Below, piece after piece: positions 56,544 through 64,000 of a stretch of DNA of 64,000 bases (its first letter is position 1; the number at the start of each line of letters is the position of its first letter). The position numbers were made by a program, and so were the translations under genes. The notes below the pieces were generated by a model. The model did no database searches. It was not told the DNA's origin and was given only the letters and a program-made list of their open reading frames with translations. Source of the stretch: Octopus vulgaris (Eukaryota); the NCBI GenBank assembly GCA_951406725.2, contig OX597818.1, positions 125,240,001 through 125,304,000 on the forward strand. The letters run 5' to 3'.

Positions 56544-56959
56544 TATTTCTTTATTGCCCACAAGGGGCTAAACATAGAGGGGACAAACAAGGACAGACAG
56601 AGGGATTAGATAGATTACATCGACCTCAGTGTGTAACTGGTACTTAACTTATCGACCTCGAAAGGATGACAAGCAAAGTCGACCTCGGCGGAATTTGAAC
56701 TCAGAACGTAACGGCAGACGAAATACCTATTTCTTTACTACTCACAAGGGGCTAAACACAGAGAGGACAAACAAGGACAGGCAGACAGATTAAGTCGATT
56801 ATATCGACGCCAGTGCGTAACTGGTACTTATTTAATCGACCCCGAAAGGATGAAAGGCAAAGTCGACCTCGGCGGAATTTGAACTCAGAACGTAGCGGCA
56901 GACGAAATACGGCGAAGCATTTCGCCTGGCGTGCTAACGTTTCTGCCAGCTCACCGCCT
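56544..56959 (-). mobile_element. SINE family A dimer with ~20-bp target-site duplication
   Basis: Flanked by TTGTACACAATGAT(G/A)GTTTCT; internal junction at 56727/56728. Confidence 0.9.
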
Positions 56960-57027
56960 TTGTACACAATGATAGTTTCTATCTAATTGTGCCTTATCAG
57001 TCTCACTGAAGCAGAAAACCATATATG

Positions 57028-57138
<111 letters not shown>

Positions 57139-57312
57139 CTCTGTCTGTCTCTCTCTCTCCCCTCTCCCTCCCCCTCTCTCTATATATATAGCAATCAATA
57201 TCAGTCACCGTTATTGCTGTCTCAGTTTTCAGATTCTTATATGCGTGTGTCTTTCCTTACTAACGATCAGCCATTTTGTATTTTGTATTCCTATTGTATG
57301 TGTCTTTATCTG

Positions 57313-58480
57313 CGCATGCGTATACCCCTATGTGTGTCTATGTTTAGTAAGTGCGCGCGTCTGTGTGGGGGGAGTGCCTGTATTATACACGTTCATTTAA
57401 TTTGTTTTTATTTTGTTCATGTGTTTATACCTACTTATTATTTCTTTCTCTCTTTTTTTTCTTTTTTTCTATCCTTACATTTTTTTATATTTAATTTAAT
57501 TTAATTTCGTTAACGTATATAGTTATCTAATTCCATTTGTTTATCTGTGTATTGTATCATATTTTGTTCATATTGTTATCAGTTTATGGGGATCTTATTC
57601 TGTTATATGCTGTGGTGTGTTGGGGGTGTGTGCTATTTCCTATTCAGGCTAAAATTTTGTCCACACGTCGAACAGACACAACGCTCAGACAAATTACAGA
57701 AGCTACACACATAATAGAAGATAAACGTAGCCTGAATAGGAAACTGGAATGGAACACTAGCACACACCCCTAACACACCACACCATATGACAGAATAAGA
57801 TCCCAATAAACTGATAACAATATGAACAAAATATAATACAATACACAGATAAACAAATGGAATTAAATAACTATATACATTAACAAAATTAAATTAAATA
57901 CAAAAAAGATGATAGGATAGAAAAAAGAAAAAAGAAAGAAAAAATAATAAGTTGGTATAAACACACGAACAAAATAAATAAAAAACAAATTAAACGAACG
58001 CAGGAGTGGCTGTGTGGTTAGTAGCTTGCTTACCAGCCACATGGTTCCGGGTTCATTCCCACTGCGTGGCACCTTGGGCAAGTGTCTTCTACTATAGCCT
58101 CAGGCCGACCAAAGCCTTGTGGGTGCATTTGGTAGACGGAAACTGGAAGAAGCCCGTCGTATATATGTATATATATATGTATGTATATGTTTGTGTGTCT
58201 GTGTTTGTCCCCCCACCATTGCTTGACAACCGATGGTGGTGTGTTTACGTCCCGTAACCTAGTGGTTCAGCAAAAGAGGCTTACAAAGAATAAGTCCTGG
58301 GGTCGATTTACTCGACTAGAAGGCGGTGCTCCAGCATGGCTGCAGTAAAATGATTGAAACAAGTAAAAGAGTAAAAGGGAGTAAAGAGAGAACGTGTATA
58401 AACAGGGGATACAGATAATACAAGCACCCCCCGCACACGCACTTACTAAACATAGACACACATAGGGGTATACGCATGCG
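57313..58480. repeat. Foldback-like inverted repeat (~340-bp arms), right arm split by a SINE
   Basis: 57313-57651 mirrors 57728-58000 plus 58390-58480. Confidence 0.85.
58000..58389 (+). mobile_element. SINE family B copy
   Basis: Full head to tail; GAACG is duplicated at the borders. Confidence 0.9.
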
Positions 58481-58496
58481 TAAATAATAAAGTGTA

Positions 58497-59512
58497 GGGC
58501 CCACTTCTCTTTATTATTTACATCAACGACATAGTAGATGTCATCAAACATTCTACATTGAAAATCTTTGCGGGTGATTCCAAACACCAGAAAGCCATAA
58601 ACGGCATGAGAGACCGAACATGCCTTCAGTCATATCTCTTTGCTATTGTCCAATGGGCGGAAAAAACAATATGCTTTTAAATGAAGATAAGTTTGATTTG
58701 ATCCACTTGGAAAAGAGGAAACTCTGAAAATACTATATGCTCTTCCCTCGGGCGACTCCCTATAGTCATCCAACAACACCAAAGATCTTGGAGTAATTGC
58801 TGATAACAATCTAAGCTGAAGTTCCCGCGTAAACAGATGTGCTCCTGGGTTCTGAGAACTTTCCGGTCTAGAGGTGCCTACACCATCATCCTTTTCTACT
58901 CTACTTTTGCTAAACCCCACCTTGAATACTATTGCCCACTATGGTCTCCCATACGAAGCAACTCATTATGAAAGTAGAAGTACTTCAGAGGTCAATCACA
59001 AGAAAGGTAGACGGCATGAGAAGAATTGATTATTGGGTTCGACTAAAAAACTCAATCTCTACTCTCTCCAACGCCGCCAGAAGCGCTACATCATTTGTGT
59101 AGTGGAAAATATTCCATCAATATTGCACAAATGATGTTGGAACCACTTTTTAACCCCATCCAAGGCTTGGCTCCCATGCAATCCGCCCACTACAAAAATC
59201 GAACTCGGTACATATAGCAACATTACGTCACAATTACTTTACCTCAACCGGTCAAGCCCTCTTTATTACCATACTAAAATATGTCAAAACGGATACGGAT
59301 CCCATAAAATTCAAATGTTCACAGGACAAATTTCTTCAAAAAATCCCGGACCAACTTCCTACACCCGGATATGTCTCCAACAATAATAATTCTTTGCTAG
59401 AGTGGACCATGATGGCCCATATATGACTAAAAGACTTCACCAGGAGATGCTATTAGGTTAGACATGGCCTGAGCCTATACTGGCCGAAACCTATCAAAGT
59501 TATAAAAGTTAC
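58497..59512 (+). pseudogene. CR1/L2-group LINE, 3' ~1 kb, degenerate RT
   Basis: GPLLFIIYINDIVDVIKHSTLKIFAGDSK, KDLGVI, PHLEY..PLWSP motifs with frameshifts; short repeated tail AAAGTT. Confidence 0.85.
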
Positions 59513-59593
59513 ATGTGAGGTGGTCATGAAAAGCAATATTTACACTCGTTAGATGGAGTACTCTTTTTTGATGAACTTACACATACTGACCAA

Positions 59594-59624
<31 letters not shown>

Positions 59625-59802
59625 TTGCATTTATGTAGGAATATATTTATGTAAATGTATACACACACACACATATATATATGTATATATACACACTTTT
59701 ATACATGAATGTATGTAAATATGTATATATGTATATATGTATATATATAAATACATATATACATGCATACATACATACATACATACGTACATACATACAT
59801 AG

Positions 59803-59859
<57 letters not shown>

Positions 59860-61144
59860 CAGGGGCTGGACAAAATAATGGAAACATTAAAATTTAAAAC
59901 AAATTTATTTTAATACGGGGCAGGACCGAATTCTACTCGTACAAAGTTTGAATTGTTTTCAAACGAATTTTGTCCATTCTTCAGCTAGAACAGTCTCCAG
60001 TTTTTGTAGTGATGATGGTGGATGATATCGACTCCCTACTTGTTTTTTTTTTAAATCCACCATAAATGTTCAATAAAATCGAGATCTAGGGACTGTGGTG
60101 GCCAGGTAAAATGTTCAACTTCACTAGAATGCTCCTCGTGCCATTCAGTAACAAATTTAACTGTGTGAATTGGTGAATTTTCATCCTCAAAAATTGCGTT
60201 TCCCTCCGAAAACAGTTCCGCAACCAGAGCATGAATTTGATCAGATAAAATGCTTAAATAGTCTTCGCTATTAATTCTGCCATGAATGGAAACCGCTGGG
60301 CCGGCGGATTTCCAAGATATAGTCCCCCAGATCATCACACATCCTCCACCAGGTTTCAGAGTTGGAAGAAGGCAGTCTGGGTCAAATGCTTCCTTTGGCT
60401 GTCTCCACATGTTTATTTGGCCGGTGGTCGGAAATAAGGTAAAGGATGACTCGTCCGGGAAAATAACATTCTTCCACTACTTTAGGGACCAATTCTGTAG
60501 CTTTTTTACTCCATTCTAAACGCTTTGCAACGTTTGATTTTGAAAGCAGTGGTTTTCTGATTGCAGCATTCCCGTGAAATCCGGCTTTGTGTAGCTCCCA
60601 GCGAACAGTTTTTGTGCAAAGTGGGTTCTCAAAGTGGTTATTAAGCTATGCAGTAATTTTGGGAGCTGTACTTATGTGATCCTTTCTAACAATTCGTGTA
60701 AGAGTCGGAAGAAGGCAGTCTGGGTCGAATGCTTCTTTTGACTGTCTCCACATGTTTATTTGGCCGGTGGTTCCTATCTGAAAGTTTTGGTTTTCTTCTG
60801 GGGTCTTGTTTCGACGAGGAGGATTTTCTCTCTTTCTCAAAGGCTGTCATTACTTTCGAGACCGTACTTCTTGATACACCAAACATTTCGGCTGTTTTCG
60901 TTACATTAACATCTGCCATACGTGCATCAACAATTTGACCGCTTTGAAAGTCCGATAGATCTGTCATTTTAATGAATTTTAATTACTTTTTTTGATGATA
61001 TCTGAAAAGAAACAGCAATTTTAGCAAAACATATTAAGCAACACTAATAATAAATAAAAAAACATAAAAAGAAACAAGCTTTTGACGGTTTAATAGATAT
61101 TTCAAAATTATGATGATAGGTGTTTCCATTATTTTGTCCAACCC

Positions 61145-61147
<3 letters not shown>
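59860..61147 (-). mobile_element. Complete-ended Tc1-family element with transposase pseudogene, in (TA)n
   Basis: TIRs CAGGGGCTGGACAAAATAATGGAAACA and TGTTTCCATTATTTTGTCCAACCCCTG. MTDLSDFQSGQIV, VMIWG and WPPQSLDL motifs in broken frames. Confidence 0.92.
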
Positions 61148-61190
<43 letters not shown>

Positions 61191-61350
61191 ATAATATCGA
61201 TCTTATCAAGTGGCCAGCATGGAAATAAATACCCTACAAAGGTGATAATTATTGAAAACTATAAATTAGGGTATCTGAGAGATACCACCATGCTGAAATA
61301 GCAGTCAAAACCCTGACCTTAAAGCCACCTTAAATGTTCATATAGCGCTA

Positions 61351-61391
<41 letters not shown>

Positions 61392-61522
61392 GGAGTAAAC
61401 ACATAAATGTGAAACAAGGTGGAAAAAAGAGTACTCAAATACCAGGGGTAGAGTAATATGCTTTATTTAAAAGCAGCAGAAATTCAACAAAACCTGTTAC
61501 TCTGAGTTTCACGTTCCCGTTC

Positions 61523-61557
<35 letters not shown>

Positions 61558-61812
61558 TACATAAATGCACATATATATATATATACACACATATATATGC
61601 TCTCACACACATACCCACCTATACATGCTTATGTATGTATGTATGTATGTATGTATGTATGTACGTGTGTATGTATGTAAGTATGTGTGTATGTATGTAA
61701 GTATGCATGTATGCATATATGTGCTTTTCGTTGTAGACATTTCGTCTGAGGTGTGTGGCAGCGCACAAGTTTGACCAACTAATTTTATTTTATTTTGTTT
61801 ATTTTTTCTCAG

Positions 61813-61830
61813 TCGATGATTCAGCAGTTG
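61813..61830 (+). other. Candidate 18-nt microexon
   Basis: ACTAAT branch point, T-rich tract, CAG|TCGATGATTCAGCAGTTG|GTGAGT. Confidence 0.3.
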
Positions 61831-62159
61831 GTGAGTCATGGACACACTGAAAGCAGGGATCGATTCTGGACCTGTTTGTTAATCCCTGCCTCCGCCCTCG
61901 TCGCCATAATGCCCCACTTCTTTCTTTTTTTTTTTTTTATAACAACAGGCACATCAATTATTGCTGTTTTGTTCCCCGAAACAACAACAAACAAAATATG
62001 AAATAAAAACTAGATAATTGTTCCTACTACCCCTCCCCACCCTCCGATTACTCGACCACCACTAACGTCACTACCATCACCACCAACCCACCACCTGCAT
62101 CACAACCAACACTAGCACCACCAGCACTACCACCACCTCCGCTACTACTACTACCATTT

Positions 62160-62198
<39 letters not shown>

Positions 62199-62385
62199 TA
62201 ATAATTATACTTCCATTTTGGCATGATAGCGATAATAATGGCTATTTTATTGTAACACGAACACAATGCAAAATCAACATTAAATTACTATACAAAATGA
62301 TCTATCAATCTGTCTGTCTGTCTGTCTGTAGTCCGTCCATCTGTCTGTCTGCCGGTCTCTCTCTATCTCCCACTCCCTATGTCCC

Positions 62386-62510
<125 letters not shown>

Positions 62511-62643
62511 ATGTACCTATATATGAATGTATGAGTATATACGTATGTCTATATATACATCTAAACATACACTTATATATATATGATAAGTACATACTTA
62601 TATATGCATATTTGTACACACATATACACACTCATACACACTC

Positions 62644-62676
<33 letters not shown>

Positions 62677-62786
62677 AAAACACACTCACATAAGTATATA
62701 TATATATATATGATGGCTTCTTTCAGTTTCCGTCTACCATATTGAATGCAGAAGCGAGCTACTGCCTTCTCCAGCAGACGAGGTGT

Positions 62787-62836
62787 CCAGTACTGAAGAG
62801 AGGCAGAAATAGTCCGAAACCAGGCTGGTCTGCTAG
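62787..62836 (+). ncRNA. Type-I hammerhead ribozyme motif
   Basis: CCAGTA CTGAAGA G(a)GGC-agaaata-GTCC GAAA CCA-ggc-TGG TC TGCTAG. Confidence 0.65.
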
Positions 62837-62894
62837 TCCCGTCCTGTATATATATATACATGCAAGAAGTAAATAGACTTTCAAAATCTCTCAC

Positions 62895-64000
62895 TTAATA
62901 CGCAAAACGAACAATTGAAATGTAATCGATCGGTAGGACTACATACTTTAGTATTTTGTTTGCAGTTTTTAATTCAGAAACTCTTTTTGGCATTGAACTG
63001 TTGAGCTTTTTGATTGTCTCTTGTGGAATTTCTGCCCACTTTTCACGCAACAATCGAAATAATTCATCTTCAGATTTAGGTTTCTGTCGATTTTTTCGTA
63101 TAGCTCTATCTAGTATACTCCAAAGATTTTCAATTGGGTTCATGTCAGGAGATTGGCTCGGCCAAGGAAGCTTTCTGATCTCATTTTCAGTCAACCATTG
63201 TTGATTCCTTTTCGCTGTGTGGCATGAAACCCCATCTTCCATGAATAAAAACTCATTTTTCGTTATCGTGTGAATACATTGGAAGTAATCCTTGCTTCAG
63301 TATTTCGATGTACTTTTCAGAGTTTATGATTCCAACACATTCGATCAGCTCAGAACGACTATTGCTGGTGACAGCTCCCCATACCATTACAGAGATACCG
63401 CCATGTTTCACAGTTGGTTGGAGTCGTTTCAAATCAAATTCTTGATTGGGAAGCCTCCAGACCCAAATACGTCCACTGTCTGAAAATAATGCAAATCTGG
63501 ATACATCCAAGAAAATTACGCTATCCCAAAATAAACTAGATTTTTCTGACATCTCCTTAGCCCATTTCTTTCTTTTCATGATATTAATTGGTTGAAGGAG
63601 AGGTTTTCTTCTAGCTGCTCGTCCATAATACCCAAGCTTATGCAGATATGTAACACACGTTCTTGGACTACCTTCTAAATGTTTTGCAATGTCAGAAGCC
63701 TTCGAATGGGGTTCGTTTTCTACAATTCTCTTCAAACAGCGAAGCTTCCTTTCCGAGGGCCCAGGTTGGCTGGGACGAGAATCTGTTGATTCTTTTCCTT
63801 GGCTTTTGAATTGCATTATAATTCTATTAACAGTAGCAAGAGGAATTTGAAGATTTTCGGCAATTTTTCGCTGGCTAAGACCAGCCTCAGATTGCCCAAC
63901 AATACGACCTCTTTGAAAATCTGACAGTTCTGCTGAATTTTTTGTGCGTGGCATGGTTGCTCTTAACAAATGTTTAATATAATGGCACCTGGAATGAAAA
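62895..64000 (-). mobile_element. Tc1 (DD34E) element with transposase split into two ORFs; runs off the window
   Basis: ORFs 63253-63969 ([31 protein letters not shown]) and 62895-63242 (DGVSCH..WPSQSPDMNPIENLW; 34 residues between D and E). Confidence 0.93.

Overview
AT-rich animal DNA dominated by microsatellites ((TA)n, (CA)n, (TACA)n, (AAT)n, (TATC)n) and decayed mobile elements. The SINE, Penelope and microsatellite repertoire resembles an octopus/cephalopod genome (inference from recall, not a database result). No intact host gene is visible; the region looks intergenic or intronic, with one candidate 18-nt microexon. Most listed ORFs are translations of microsatellites. Elements recognised: a 5'-truncated Penelope-like element (RT thumb plus GIY-YIG), Tx1/L1-like, CR1/L2-like and RLE-type LINE remnants, two Tc1 elements, several mariner pieces, a piggyBac remnant, hAT MITEs, non-autonomous Helitron-like elements and three tRNA-derived SINE families. 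The main signal is RNA-structural. About ten minimal type-I hammerhead ribozyme (HHR) motifs, intact, variant or decayed, sit in short non-coding and often palindromic units, many of them in (TA)n. These include a ~362-bp retrozyme-like monomer with a canonical HHR (43357-43923) and a 12 x 31-bp minisatellite (22525-22895) whose minus-strand unit is a bare hammerhead core. All structures were folded by eye and none was tested computationally.
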